This document shows positions 28,756 to 38,513 of a DNA stretch of 62,763 bases, one piece after another. Below the pieces are notes generated by a model. That model had not been told where the DNA came from and made no database searches. It saw only the letters and a program-made list of their open reading frames with translations. The translations under genes and the position numbers were made by a program. Source of the DNA: Candidatus Epulonipiscium sp. (lineage in GTDB: Bacteria; Bacillota; Clostridia; Lachnospirales; JAAYNZ01). Each line of letters starts with the position of its first letter. Positions within the stretch are counted from its first letter, which is position 1. The stretch is taken from positions 1-62,763 of the forward strand of contig JAAYNZ010000089.1 of the NCBI GenBank assembly GCA_012520595.1, read 5' to 3'.

Positions 28756-30829
28756 GTGTATTCTCCTCTTTTTCTTCTTTTATTTTAGGATATTCAATTC
28801 TTTGATGATACATACCGTTAAATACAGTCATAAACGAATCTTTTATTATTTCAAGATCTTTTATTTTTAAATTACTATCTTTTAATTGCCCATCTTCTAG
28901 TTTTTCTTGGATAAGCGTTTGAATCAGTTTACTAATATCAGCCTCATTTTGTTTTTCAAGGGGTTGGGCTCGAACAGCAGCTTCTACTGTATCTGCTAAC
29001 ATAACAATAGCCGCCTCTTTTGTTTGAGGGATAGGTCCTTTATAACGATATTGGTCTTCTACAATAGGCACATCTGGATTTCTTTTCATGGCTTGATAAT
29101 AAAAATACTTTACTACTGTAGTCCCTTGGTGTTGTTGTATAATGTCTTTAATCACTTTCGGTAGTTTATACGTTTTGCTCAATTGCACACCATTACTTAC
29201 ATGTTGCAAAATAATTTGAGCACTAAGATCGGGTTCTAATAAATCATGAGGATTCTCTCCCATTTGGTTTTCTTTAAAATAAGAAGGATATTTTAGTTTA
29301 CCAATGTCATGATAGTATGCTCCTACTTTAGTTAACAACGAATTGGCTCCTACATTTAATGCAGCTGCTTCTGCTAAATTGGCTACTAATAAGCTATGAT
29401 GATAGGTACCAGGAGTCTCCAAGGATAATCTTCTTAATAAGGGTTGATCTGGATTGGTTAAATCCAATAATTTAATCGGTGTAATAACATCAAAAGCAGC
29501 TTCCCAAAAAGGCAAACTACCTATAGTTACAATAATAGAAATTCCTCCGTTTAAAACCCCATATAACATGTGATATAGAAATTCCTGACTATACCCTTTT
29601 AATAACAACATGTCCAAGCCTAGAATAATAAAAGTATTCATTAAAATAATTAGACATCCTACTCGTAATACCTTATTTCTTCTCATTGTTTCTTTTACTA
29701 ATAAAGCGGATACAAGCCCTCCTATTAAAAAAAAGACGAAAAAATTTATATTTCCTTTATAAATCATTGTTCCAACAATAGTGATCATTACATTCGTAGC
29801 GATACCTAATTGGGTATTCATCAAAATTGAAATGAGCATCGCTGCAATAGAAATGGGAATTAGATAAAAAGGAAGATTACTCATTAAACGAATCACAAGT
29901 ATGACCGAAATATAAATAAAAAATAATAATAAACTCTCTTTTTTATCTTCAAATACATATGGATGAAAATAAAATACATAATAAATATAACTTCCTTGCG
30001 TCAGTAAAATTAAAAGAGCAATGCCAATAATAGGAATATACTGATTTTGTTGTTCTTGTTTTATAAAATGAAGTGATTTTAAAATTTCATAAATTTCTTC
30101 TGTAATGACTTCTCCTTCACCAATAATTTTTTGGCCAGGCAAAATTTTCACAGGTTCTACAGTTGATAACCGTTTCATCATTTCTTCATAAGTAGCCTGC
30201 TCATCTTTAATAATATTAGGACGAAGAACAGAAGAAACAACATGATACCCTAACATTTGAAGTTCCAAAGATAAATCTGATTGGGCAAACTCATCTTTTA
30301 CATCTAGAATATTTTTTGTAATAGCTTCTTCTTTAATTCCTGCATCTAAAATATTTTCTGCAATCTCTATACAAGTTTTTTCTAATGTCCCTCTTTGAAT
30401 GTAAGATAGTCCTAAAGCTAAACGAAATTGTTCCTCGGTGAGAAAAATAGGCGATCTTTTTTTTATAAAGGCAAATGATTGTTCTTCCCCCTCTAAGACT
30501 TGGGTTTGTTGAAGAGCTTCAAAAAAACGCTTAATGTCTGATAAAACCCTTTCATCTACCTGTGAATCTTTTTTAAATAAAGGTTCTATATTCTTTTTGA
30601 TTTGTTCTTTTTTTCTCTCTGTTGCTATCGTATTTTCTACTTCCCTTGGAGCTAAAATCTGTTTTGTAGAGATCGCTCCGACTTCTATTTTATGATTATC
30701 TTGAATATGCTGCCCTGTTATAGCAATCAAAAAAGTAAACAAAAAAGCTGTTATTATCAGTAACCATAAAAACCCATATTTATTTAAATTTTCTCTAATG
30801 TTAGCAACCTTTTTTTCCCCCTTTTTCAA
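28733..30829 (-). CDS. pgpH: 7TM-HD membrane phosphohydrolase (PgpH/YqfF-type, cyclic-di-AMP phosphodiesterase family)
   Basis: Extracellular N-domain, 7 TM helices, and an HD domain (HHSLLVANLAE...YHDIGK). TTG start at 30829, 7 nt after GGAGG. Confidence 0.88.
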   Translation of the reverse strand: MKKGEKKVANIRENLNKYGFLWLLIITAFLFTFLIAITGQHIQDNHKIEVGAISTKQILAPREVENTIATERKKEQIKKNIEPLFKKDSQVDERVLSDIKRFFEALQQTQVLEGEEQSFAFIKKRSPIFLTEEQFRLALGLSYIQRGTLEKTCIEIAENILDAGIKEEAITKNILDVKDEFAQSDLSLELQMLGYHVVSSVLRPNIIKDEQATYEEMMKRLSTVEPVKILPGQKIIGEGEVITEEIYEILKSLHFIKQEQQNQYIPIIGIALLILLTQGSYIYYVFYFHPYVFEDKKESLLLFFIYISVILVIRLMSNLPFYLIPISIAAMLISILMNTQLGIATNVMITIVGTMIYKGNINFFVFFLIGGLVSALLVKETMRRNKVLRVGCLIILMNTFIILGLDMLLLKGYSQEFLYHMLYGVLNGGISIIVTIGSLPFWEAAFDVITPIKLLDLTNPDQPLLRRLSLETPGTYHHSLLVANLAEAAALNVGANSLLTKVGAYYHDIGKLKYPSYFKENQMGENPHDLLEPDLSAQIILQHVSNGVQLSKTYKLPKVIKDIIQQHQGTTVVKYFYYQAMKRNPDVPIVEDQYRYKGPIPQTKEAAIVMLADTVEAAVRAQPLEKQNEADISKLIQTLIQEKLEDGQLKDSNLKIKDLEIIKDSFMTVFNGMYHQRIEYPKIKEEKEENTHDDLDRE

Positions 30830-30850
30830 TGAAAAACCTCCTAAAAAATA

Positions 30851-31819
30851 TTATTTTTTCTTTAACTTTGTTTCATACTGATCATAAGCATCTACTATTT
30901 TTTGAACTAAGGGATGACGAACCACATCTTTGGTAGTCAAATGAGCAAATCCTACTCCTTCTACATTTCGTAAAATTTTAGTTGCCTCTATTAAGCCTGA
31001 TTGCTTATCTGTAGGAAGATCAATTTGTGTTATATCTCCTGTAATAACAACTTTTGATCCAAATCCAAGACGTGTTAAAAACATTTTCATTTGAGCTGGT
31101 GTTGTATTTTGAGCCTCATCTAAAACAATAAAAGAATTTTCTAAAGTTCTGCCTCGCATATATGCTAAAGGAGCTACTTCAATGGCACCTCGCTCCATAT
31201 TTTTCAAAAAAGCATCTGCTCCCATAATTTCGTAAAGTGCATCATAAAGAGGCCTTAAGTAAGGATCTACTTTGCTTTGTAAATCCCCAGGCAAAAATCC
31301 CAATTTTTCTCCTGCTTCAATAGCTGGACGGGTTAAGATAATTCGATTTACTTCATTCTTTTTAAAAGCCGTAATGGCCATAGCCATGGCCAAATATGTT
31401 TTGCCTGTACCAGCAGGTCCAACTCCAAAAACAACCATATTCTTGCGAATAAGATCAACATACTTTTTCTGTCCTAATGTTTTTGCACGAATTTGCTTTC
31501 CATAAACTGTCATACAAATAAAATCATCATATAATTCTCTTAACTTAGCTTCTTGATCTTCTTCTACCAATGACAGTACATAATTTACATTTTGAATAGA
31601 GATGATTTCTCCTTTTTTAGATAATTCTTCTAATTGATATAAAACTCTTATGGCTTTATCTATATTATTCGAGTAACCAAGAATCTTAACCTCTTCACCT
31701 CGATTAATAATACGTACGTACAATTCTTTTTCAATTTGTTTAATATTTGTATCAAATTGCCCAAAAACATTTGCTATATGAATATTATCAATGGCTATCG
31801 TTTTCTCCATCTGTTCCAT
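30851..31819 (-). CDS. phoH: PhoH-family ATPase
   Basis: Walker A GPAGTGKTY, Walker B VLDEAQN, 322 aa, in the conserved yqfD-phoH-pgpH-ybeY order. Confidence 0.94.
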   Translation of the reverse strand: MEQMEKTIAIDNIHIANVFGQFDTNIKQIEKELYVRIINRGEEVKILGYSNNIDKAIRVLYQLEELSKKGEIISIQNVNYVLSLVEEDQEAKLRELYDDFICMTVYGKQIRAKTLGQKKYVDLIRKNMVVFGVGPAGTGKTYLAMAMAITAFKKNEVNRIILTRPAIEAGEKLGFLPGDLQSKVDPYLRPLYDALYEIMGADAFLKNMERGAIEVAPLAYMRGRTLENSFIVLDEAQNTTPAQMKMFLTRLGFGSKVVITGDITQIDLPTDKQSGLIEATKILRNVEGVGFAHLTTKDVVRHPLVQKIVDAYDQYETKLKKK

Positions 31820-33029
31820 TTAATAAATTCCTCCGCTCTTTTATTGTTATTTCTTCTTCTTTACCTATTGGTTCAATGACAGTAATCTTAGCCATAGCCT
31901 TCATTGCTTTTCTATCTTTCTCAAACTCTAAACTTCGCTCAACAATCTCAGCATTTGGATGCAACGACTCTTTAATCTTTTTTTCCAACTTTTTTTGTAA
32001 TTTTTGTTTTATTTCTGTATCTGTATATTTCTTTACTTGTGGAATGTATTCATGATATTCTTCCACAACCCAACCAAAAGGTAAAACAAAATCTTTTCCA
32101 AAAGAAATTTGATTTTTATTACTCATTTTATCATAATTTTCAAAAGAAATACTAGGTTTTAAAAAAATTTTCTGCTTATTAAAATAAATAACCCCATAAT
32201 GTTTTTTAACTTCATCTGTATATTGTTTATCCATATAACTAATATCTTGCTCTTCTTTAAAAACATACCATACTTTTGCTTTAATATCTGCTAAAGCATG
32301 TACATACTGAATATCTTTTACTTCTTCCTCTTGCTTAATTAATAATTCTCCACTAACTAATATATCCCCTTCTTCTACTACATCTTTTGCTTTTACTATA
32401 GGAGTCCCTGCACTTGTAGCAATGCTAACAATAACCCCTTTTTTATCTGCTACAATGTTACAAGGAGTATCTATATCAATAAATTCTGGTTTCGGTACTG
32501 TCTCAACTAACTCAATAAATAGCCGAGTACCTTTTATATGAGCTGCTACCCAAGAAATTTCTTTTATCTCTTGCATTAAATAATGACCAAACTCTTCTAC
32601 TCTAATACTTCGTTTTCGAACTCCTGCTCCTACCCCATATCGATCCAATGTTTCTAAAATTTCTTCCTTAGAAACCCGATCGTTGCCTTGAATATCAACA
32701 ATCCATACATATGAAGAGAGGAAATATAAAAGACATAGGCATACAATAATCCCAAGTGCAAAAAGTCTTCGTTTTCGATACCGATGGGCTACAAATGGCC
32801 AGCCTTTTTTTTCAATAATAGTAACCTTACACTTTGTTTTCCTCGCACATTGTTTTAAAAGTTTAAATCCTTGAATGCTGACTTTCATTTCTGTAACGTT
32901 TCTTTTTTTTTTAATATCCCATAAATAAATCCCTTTGTGAGTAGCTAAATTCATAAAACGTTCTACAGAAAATCCCCATACATTTATAATAACATAGCCC
33001 CTCCAATAATTCCATATGGATAAAAACAT
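31788..33029 (-). CDS. yqfD: Sporulation protein YqfD
   Basis: 413 aa. N-terminus GYV.I.V.G...ERF.N, a central TM helix, and position after yqfC. Confidence 0.82.
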   Translation of the reverse strand: MFLSIWNYWRGYVIINVWGFSVERFMNLATHKGIYLWDIKKKRNVTEMKVSIQGFKLLKQCARKTKCKVTIIEKKGWPFVAHRYRKRRLFALGIIVCLCLLYFLSSYVWIVDIQGNDRVSKEEILETLDRYGVGAGVRKRSIRVEEFGHYLMQEIKEISWVAAHIKGTRLFIELVETVPKPEFIDIDTPCNIVADKKGVIVSIATSAGTPIVKAKDVVEEGDILVSGELLIKQEEEVKDIQYVHALADIKAKVWYVFKEEQDISYMDKQYTDEVKKHYGVIYFNKQKIFLKPSISFENYDKMSNKNQISFGKDFVLPFGWVVEEYHEYIPQVKKYTDTEIKQKLQKKLEKKIKESLHPNAEIVERSLEFEKDRKAMKAMAKITVIEPIGKEEEITIKERRNLLNGTDGENDSH

Positions 33030-33051
33030 CTCTTCACCTCTTCTTTTCTAT

Positions 33052-33357
33052 TTAAATTATATATTCGATACGAAGCAATGTGCCAGTAACTACAATATTT
33101 TCTGTGGTCATCACTTTTAAATGAAGACCCCTTCCTTCTATTTTTAAAATGCCACAACTGGTACTAATCCGCATACGCTCGTCATTATATTCAATCATAC
33201 CTTTATAGTTTTCCAAATATAATTCTTCTTGCCCAATTAAAGAAATTACAGGTAAATCTAGAATAACTTCTTTGGGAAATTCTAGCCAATTGGTTATTTT
33301 CTTTTTAACTTGCTGTTGGGCATCAGGGGGTTCTAATTTTTTTTCTTTTTTTCTCAT
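33052..33357 (-). CDS. yqfC: Sporulation protein YqfC
   Basis: ...LPVISLIGQEELYLENYKGMIEY...I.G..L.. pattern. Start set to the ATG at 33357 after AGGAGGG. The track extension to 33444 runs through a terminator hairpin. Confidence 0.78.
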   Translation of the reverse strand: MRKKEKKLEPPDAQQQVKKKITNWLEFPKEVILDLPVISLIGQEELYLENYKGMIEYNDERMRISTSCGILKIEGRGLHLKVMTTENIVVTGTLLRIEYII

Positions 33358-33416
33358 GTTTTTCCCTCCTCTCTTACATAAATATGCTAGAAAAAAATTT
33401 TTAAACCAAAAAAATT

Positions 33417-33438
33417 CCCTGTACATTTCAGTACAGGG
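33417..33438 (-). terminator. Intrinsic terminator 2 after rpsU (tandem)
   Basis: CCCTGTAC-tgaaat-GTACAGGG followed by AATTTTTTTGG on the minus strand. Confidence 0.75.
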
Positions 33439-33457
33439 AATCAAAACAAATTAAAAA

Positions 33458-33486
33458 AGTCCTGGTTTACACTTAGAACCAAGACT
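33458..33486 (-). terminator. Intrinsic terminator 1 after rpsU
   Basis: Minus strand AGTCTTGGTT-ctaagtgta-AACCAGGACT (one G-U pair) followed by TTTTTTAATTTG. Confidence 0.8.
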
Positions 33487-33606
33487 TTTAATTGCTTTCT
33501 AAAGGATTACGTTATAAATGAATTTATTTTCACTTAGACAAAATTGTCCATCATAAAAATAGATTTACCACTTATTGTTTTCCAATTTTTGAATCTTTTA
33601 GATTAA

Positions 33607-33783
33607 TTATTTAAATTTTCGTTTTCTAGCAGCTTCTGATTTTTTCTTACGACGAACACTTGGTTTTTCATAATGCTCTCGTTTACGAACTTCTTGCAGA
33701 ATACCTGCCTTCGCACAGTTGCGTTTAAAACGACGAAGTGCACTATCTAAAGACTCATTTTCTTTTACTCTCACGTTTGACAT
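33607..33783 (-). CDS. rpsU: 30S ribosomal protein S21
   Basis: [21 protein letters not shown]...; start at the ATG at 33783 after GGAGGGAGGGTGGAG. Confidence 0.95.
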   Translation of the reverse strand: MSNVRVKENESLDSALRRFKRNCAKAGILQEVRKREHYEKPSVRRKKKSEAARKRKFK

Positions 33784-33876
33784 AAGTCTCTCCACCCTCC
33801 CTCCAGTTGCATAGATTGTGCTTCTGGTAGTAGTCTACCTTACAACTATTGGGTTATTCTCAAAGCACTAACTATG

Positions 33877-33905
33877 ATTATACACAAAAACGAAATATAC
33901 GTCAA
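33877..33905 (-). promoter_or_regulatory. Strong sigma-A-type promoter for rpsU
   Basis: Minus strand TTGACG (33900-33905), 17-nt spacer, TATAAT (33877-33882). Confidence 0.65.
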
Positions 33906-33907
33906 TA

Positions 33908-35221
33908 TTAATTTTCTAAGTCAAGATAATAAACATCGTTTTTTAATTTAGGTTGTTTTTCCAAATAATGCATCATATGGTTTACTGTTCGATCTCGGAC
34001 TTGTTTCATCTTTTGAATCTCATAAGCAGTAAATCCTGTTTCTTGACCTTCTGCTGTCTCGCGTAATGCCTGTTCTACAGCAATTATCCGATGATATGGT
34101 TTATTATTTTTACGAATCCATTGCACCCATGTGGGTACAAAAAGAATATTACGAATCTCTGCTTTCTTTCCCTCTATTTTCTCAATAGTAAAACTAAAAA
34201 TAATACCTGCATCTTTAGGCGCTGGATCTTCTTTCGTTGGCTTTTGAGAAGAAATAAAGTTTCCTAAAGAATATATAACAACTCCCGTTTTTTGTGTTCC
34301 ATCTTCTTGAATAATTTGCTGAATATCTATCGGTTGAAGAACATGAGGATGGCTTCCCAAAACAATATCTGCTCCAGCAAGAAATAATTGTCTTACAATT
34401 TCTTCTTGATGATGATTTGGAAAAGAATGATATTCATTTCCAAAATGTACAGCTACAACAACAAAGTCTGTAGCAAGCTTTTTTGCTTCTCTTACCTTAT
34501 TATACATGCTCTCTAATCCTTCTGGCTCATACATATTCCAAGTATTTACGAGATATGGCTGATCCTTAGGTACAGGAATCCCATTAGTCCCATACGTATA
34601 AGATAGAAAAGCAAAAGAAATATGATTAATTTCTTTAATCATTATTTCTTCGCTATCTTCTTGATTTTTATAAGTTCCTACATGATCCAACCCTGTATCT
34701 TCTAATACTTGAATTGTATGAAGAACCCCAGCAGCATTACTATCCATGGAATGATTATTCGCTGTTGTTACTAAATCAAAACCTACATCTTTCAGATTTT
34801 TAGCTAAGACTTCTGGTGTATTAAATCTTGGATACCCTTGGTACCCTCTTTCTATTCCTGCTAAAGTTGTCTCTAAATTAGCAATAGCATAATCTGCTTG
34901 TTGAATATAAGGACGAATGTATTCGAAAGAATGACTGAAATCATAATTGTCTTCTTTTGTATCATAAGCCCCCTCTAATTGCCATTTATGAACCATAATA
35001 TCCCCTACTGCTGACAACTGAGCATAATATCGTTCCGGTTCCTTTGGTTCTTCTCTTTTTTTTGGTTCTACTATATCTACTTCTGTAATATTTTCCATAT
35101 CGTCCATGTTATTGGATGTACTTTCTAAATCCACTGTAGTAGAAGCAGATGGAGGTTTTAATAAAGTACATCCTGTTAACATGAACAATCCTACAACGAT
35201 AAAAATTAATTTAGGCTTCAT
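33908..35221 (-). CDS. CapA-family (PGA_cap metallophosphatase-like) lipoprotein
   Basis: Lipobox MLTGC. GDIM.H...NLE...ANNH..D...VHFGNEY...GSHPHV motifs of the CapA family. Confidence 0.82.
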   Translation of the reverse strand: MKPKLIFIVVGLFMLTGCTLLKPPSASTTVDLESTSNNMDDMENITEVDIVEPKKREEPKEPERYYAQLSAVGDIMVHKWQLEGAYDTKEDNYDFSHSFEYIRPYIQQADYAIANLETTLAGIERGYQGYPRFNTPEVLAKNLKDVGFDLVTTANNHSMDSNAAGVLHTIQVLEDTGLDHVGTYKNQEDSEEIMIKEINHISFAFLSYTYGTNGIPVPKDQPYLVNTWNMYEPEGLESMYNKVREAKKLATDFVVVAVHFGNEYHSFPNHHQEEIVRQLFLAGADIVLGSHPHVLQPIDIQQIIQEDGTQKTGVVIYSLGNFISSQKPTKEDPAPKDAGIIFSFTIEKIEGKKAEIRNILFVPTWVQWIRKNNKPYHRIIAVEQALRETAEGQETGFTAYEIQKMKQVRDRTVNHMMHYLEKQPKLKNDVYYLDLEN

Positions 35222-35320
35222 ACAAACCCTCTATTCTTTTGTTTTTTACATTTTTTATCATTATATCATGATTTTTGTTTTGAAAAAAGAGTTTGTACAT
35301 AAATCCTTTTATAAAAAATA

Positions 35321-37963
35321 TTATTGTATTTGGTCACTAATAACCTCAATGGCTTTTTGTAATGCTTGATTGATTTGAGTTATATCTTTTCCACCTGCTT
35401 GTGCCATTTGAGGACGTCCTCCCCCTCCGCCACCTACAATCGGTGCAATGGCCTTTACAATATTTCCAGAGTGAATTCCTTTTTTGATTACATCTTCTGT
35501 TGCCATAGCTAATATATTTACTTTATTTTGGTTTCCTCCAGCTAATACAATCACACCTGATCTTAACTTATTCTTTAATTGATCTCCCATGGTTCTAAGA
35601 TCATCCATTTCCATATTATCTAAACGAATCGTTAAGACAGAAACTCCTTTTACTTCTTGAACTTGATCTAAAAGATTTGTTGTAGCTTCTTGTGCTACTT
35701 TTGCTTTAAAATGCTCTAATTCTTTTTGTAGATCTTTAAAATCTGACAAAAGAGTTCCCACTTTTTTAACTGCATACTCAGGAGCTACTTTAATGGATTC
35801 AGCAATTTCTTTTAACTGCTGCTCTTGTTGTTGATAATATTCCAAAGCAGCATGTCCTGTTACCGCTTCTATTCTTCGCACACCTGCTGCAACTCCTGTT
35901 TCAGATAAAATTTTAAAAACTCCTACTTGGGCTGTATTTTGCAAATGACATCCGCCACATAACTCAATACTATAATCTCCCATATTAATAACACGAACTT
36001 TTTCTCCATATTTTTCTCCAAATAAAGCAACAGCTCCTAACTTTCTAGCTTCATCTAAACTTGTTTCAAAAATAGAAATAGGTAGTGCTTGCAAAATATG
36101 ATTATTAACTTTCTTTTCGATTTGTTGTATTTCTTCTGTTGTCACTGGTGAAAAATGAGTAAAATCAAAACGAAGTCGATCAGAAGAAACATGAGACCCA
36201 GCTTGTTCTACATGGTTACCTAAAACTTCTTTCAACGCTTTTTGCAACAAATGAGTGGCACTATGATTTCTGGTGGTAGCCATTCGTTGCCCTTGGTTTA
36301 CCTTTAAATGAGCCAGTTCTCCAACTCCAATGGTTCCATGGGTGACCACCCCAATATGTCCTACTTTATAGCCTGCCATATAAACACAATCGGTTATTTT
36401 TACCTCTCCATTTGCTGTTTTTAAAATTCCCGTATCGCCTACTTGTCCTCCACTGGCTGCATAAAAAGGAGTAATATCTACAAAGAGAGTAACTTCATCA
36501 CCTGCTTTTACTTGATCCACAATTTCTTCCTTAGAAACCAAAGCAAGAATATGACTATTTTGAGTTTCTAATTGATGGTAGCCTGTAAATTCGGTGGTTA
36601 GTGTTGGATCTAAATGATTGTATACTGTATCTTTTGCTCCCATATAGTTACTTTCTTCTCGTGCTGCTCTTGCTCTTTCTCTTTGTGCATCCATTTCTTT
36701 TTGAAAACCAAATTCATCTGCCACCATACCTACTTCTTCCAAAATCTCTTTTGTAAGATCTAAAGGAAAACCATATGTGTCATATAATTTAAAACATTGT
36801 TCTCCCAATAAAGTCTTACTACCTGCATCCTTTAATTCTTCAATATAGGATTCTAAAATAGACAAACCTTGGTCAATGGTTTCATTAAATCTTTGCTCTT
36901 CTACTAATAAAACTTTGTAAATATATTCTCTTTTTTCTTCTAATTCTGGGTAAGCGTCTTTTGATAATTGAATCACTGTTGAAGATAAATCTGCTAAAAA
37001 CATTTCTTCAATGCCTAAAAGTTTTCCATGTCGTGCAGCTCTACGTAAAAGCCTTCTAAGAACATATCCTCGCCCTTCATTGGAAGGTAAAATACCATCA
37101 GAAGTCATAAAAGTAACAGAACGAATATGATCTGTAATCACTCGAACAGAAATATCTTTCACTGGATCTTCTTGATAAACTACATTCGCTAGATCACAAA
37201 TTCGATCTCGGATAGCTTTAATGGTATCTACGTCAAAAATAGAATGTACATCTTGCATCATGACTGCTAAACGTTCTAGTCCCATTCCCGTGTCAATATT
37301 AGGATGCTCTAAAGGATGATAGTTTCCTTCTTCATCTTTATTAAATTGGGTAAAAACTAAATTCCAAAACTCCATAAAACGATCACATTCGCAACCAACT
37401 GCGCAAGTGGGAGAACCACAACCATATTTTTCTCCTCGATCATAATAAATTTCTGAACAAGGACCACAAGGCCCTACTCCTAGCTCCCAAAAATTATCTT
37501 CTTTGCCCATGCGAACGATATGATCTTCTGGTATCCCAATATATTGATTCCAAATTTCAAAGGCTTCATCATCTTCTTCATAAACTGAAACATATAATCG
37601 TTCCCTTGGTAACTCCAATACTTCCGTAACAAATTCCCAAGCCCATTCAACAGCTTCTTTTTTAAAATAATCTCCGAAAGAAAAATTCCCTAGCATTTCA
37701 AAGAAAGTTCCATGTCTTGCTGTTTTTCCTACATTTTCAATGTCTCCTGTTCGAATACACTTTTGGCAAGTAGTCACCCGTCTTTTTGGTGGAATTTCCT
37801 GTCCTGTAAAATAAGGTTTTAAGGGTGCCATTCCCGCATTGATCAGCAACAAGCTATTATCATTCTGAGGAACTAAAGGAAAACTTTTCATCCTCAAATG
37901 GTCTTTACTTTCAAAAAAGGCTAAGTATTTTTCTCGTAACTCATTTAATCCTATGTTTTTCAT
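35321..37963 (-). CDS. alaS: Alanine--tRNA ligase
   Basis: Full-length AlaS (FFESKDH..., editing-domain HSATHLL, CGGCH, C-terminal DHHA1 with GGGGGRP). Start set to the ATG at 37963 after AAGGAGGA. Confidence 0.97.
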   Translation of the reverse strand: MKNIGLNELREKYLAFFESKDHLRMKSFPLVPQNDNSLLLINAGMAPLKPYFTGQEIPPKRRVTTCQKCIRTGDIENVGKTARHGTFFEMLGNFSFGDYFKKEAVEWAWEFVTEVLELPRERLYVSVYEEDDEAFEIWNQYIGIPEDHIVRMGKEDNFWELGVGPCGPCSEIYYDRGEKYGCGSPTCAVGCECDRFMEFWNLVFTQFNKDEEGNYHPLEHPNIDTGMGLERLAVMMQDVHSIFDVDTIKAIRDRICDLANVVYQEDPVKDISVRVITDHIRSVTFMTSDGILPSNEGRGYVLRRLLRRAARHGKLLGIEEMFLADLSSTVIQLSKDAYPELEEKREYIYKVLLVEEQRFNETIDQGLSILESYIEELKDAGSKTLLGEQCFKLYDTYGFPLDLTKEILEEVGMVADEFGFQKEMDAQRERARAAREESNYMGAKDTVYNHLDPTLTTEFTGYHQLETQNSHILALVSKEEIVDQVKAGDEVTLFVDITPFYAASGGQVGDTGILKTANGEVKITDCVYMAGYKVGHIGVVTHGTIGVGELAHLKVNQGQRMATTRNHSATHLLQKALKEVLGNHVEQAGSHVSSDRLRFDFTHFSPVTTEEIQQIEKKVNNHILQALPISIFETSLDEARKLGAVALFGEKYGEKVRVINMGDYSIELCGGCHLQNTAQVGVFKILSETGVAAGVRRIEAVTGHAALEYYQQQEQQLKEIAESIKVAPEYAVKKVGTLLSDFKDLQKELEHFKAKVAQEATTNLLDQVQEVKGVSVLTIRLDNMEMDDLRTMGDQLKNKLRSGVIVLAGGNQNKVNILAMATEDVIKKGIHSGNIVKAIAPIVGGGGGGRPQMAQAGGKDITQINQALQKAIEVISDQIQ

Positions 37964-38102
37964 TTCTGAGTCCTCCTTGACTGCATTGTTTATAAAATAA
38001 GGATTTTTAAACAATCTCTGCTTTTATTATAATCCATGATCAAACATAAAGAAACCCCAACCCTAATTTTGGAGGGGAACTCCTCTATATCATATTATCA
38101 AA

Positions 38103-38131
38103 ATTATAAAAAATGAAGTACACTTTGTCAA
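38103..38131 (-). promoter_or_regulatory. Consensus sigma-A-type promoter for alaS
   Basis: Minus strand TTGACA (38126-38131), 17-nt spacer, TATAAT (38103-38108). Leader of about 130 nt to the start codon. Confidence 0.65.
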
Positions 38132-38202
38132 TCCTATACTATGAAAATTCATACATTTATCCTCAAAAAAGCACAAAACTTGCCTTTTTCTATTTAAAAA
38201 TA

Positions 38203-38230
38203 AAAAGATGGGATGTAAATCCCATCTTTT
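38203..38230 (-). terminator. Intrinsic terminator after the 57-aa ORF, upstream of the alaS promoter
   Basis: AAAAGATGGGA-tgtaaa-TCCCATCTTTT followed by TATTTTTAAA on the minus strand. Confidence 0.8.
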
Positions 38231-38403
38231 TACTTATACATTGCCATGATGTCATCCATTACATAACCTGCTTTTTTAATTATTTTCTTTCCATTTTTCC
38301 ACATTTTTCTTCTGCTTTTTTTGTCTGTGTCCATCATCATCATACTGGCGGCACCTACAATACTTCCTACCATCATTCCCGTTGTAAACTTATTCATCCT
38401 CAT
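38230..38403 (-). CDS. Small (57 aa) hypothetical protein with one hydrophobic helix and a basic tail
   Basis: ATG at 38403 follows AGGGG. MRMNKFTTGMMVGSIVGAASMMMM then a K/R-rich C-terminus. Followed immediately by a strong terminator. Confidence 0.45.
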   Translation of the reverse strand: MRMNKFTTGMMVGSIVGAASMMMMDTDKKSRRKMWKNGKKIIKKAGYVMDDIMAMYK

Positions 38404-38513
38404 AAAGCTACCCCTTTCTAAAAAATATTGTACAATCATAGTATTCGAGGCAACCTTTAAATTTATACAAAATAATATTGTACCGATGTCCTGTTATGAA
38501 TTCTAATTTTTTA

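Noticed and set aside
33358-33444. ORF-track N-terminal extensions: yqfC to 33444, argG to 50032, serA to 41008, alaS to 38014, xylA to 17305, cdd to 26315, argC to 49994, Yip1 gene to 4944
   Set aside because: Each extension lacks an RBS and runs through a terminator hairpin, a predicted promoter or the upstream gene. An internal start with a canonical GGAGG-type RBS gives the family-typical N-terminus.
38015-38102. Possible T-box or other riboswitch in the leaders of alaS, and likewise serC (42054-42327) and proB (12100-12175)
   Set aside because: I looked for the conserved T-box sequence (..GGTGGTACCGCG..) and for a specifier-loop/terminator-antiterminator layout and found none. The alaS leader is only about 130 nt with weak pairing, and no other riboswitch core motif was recognised.
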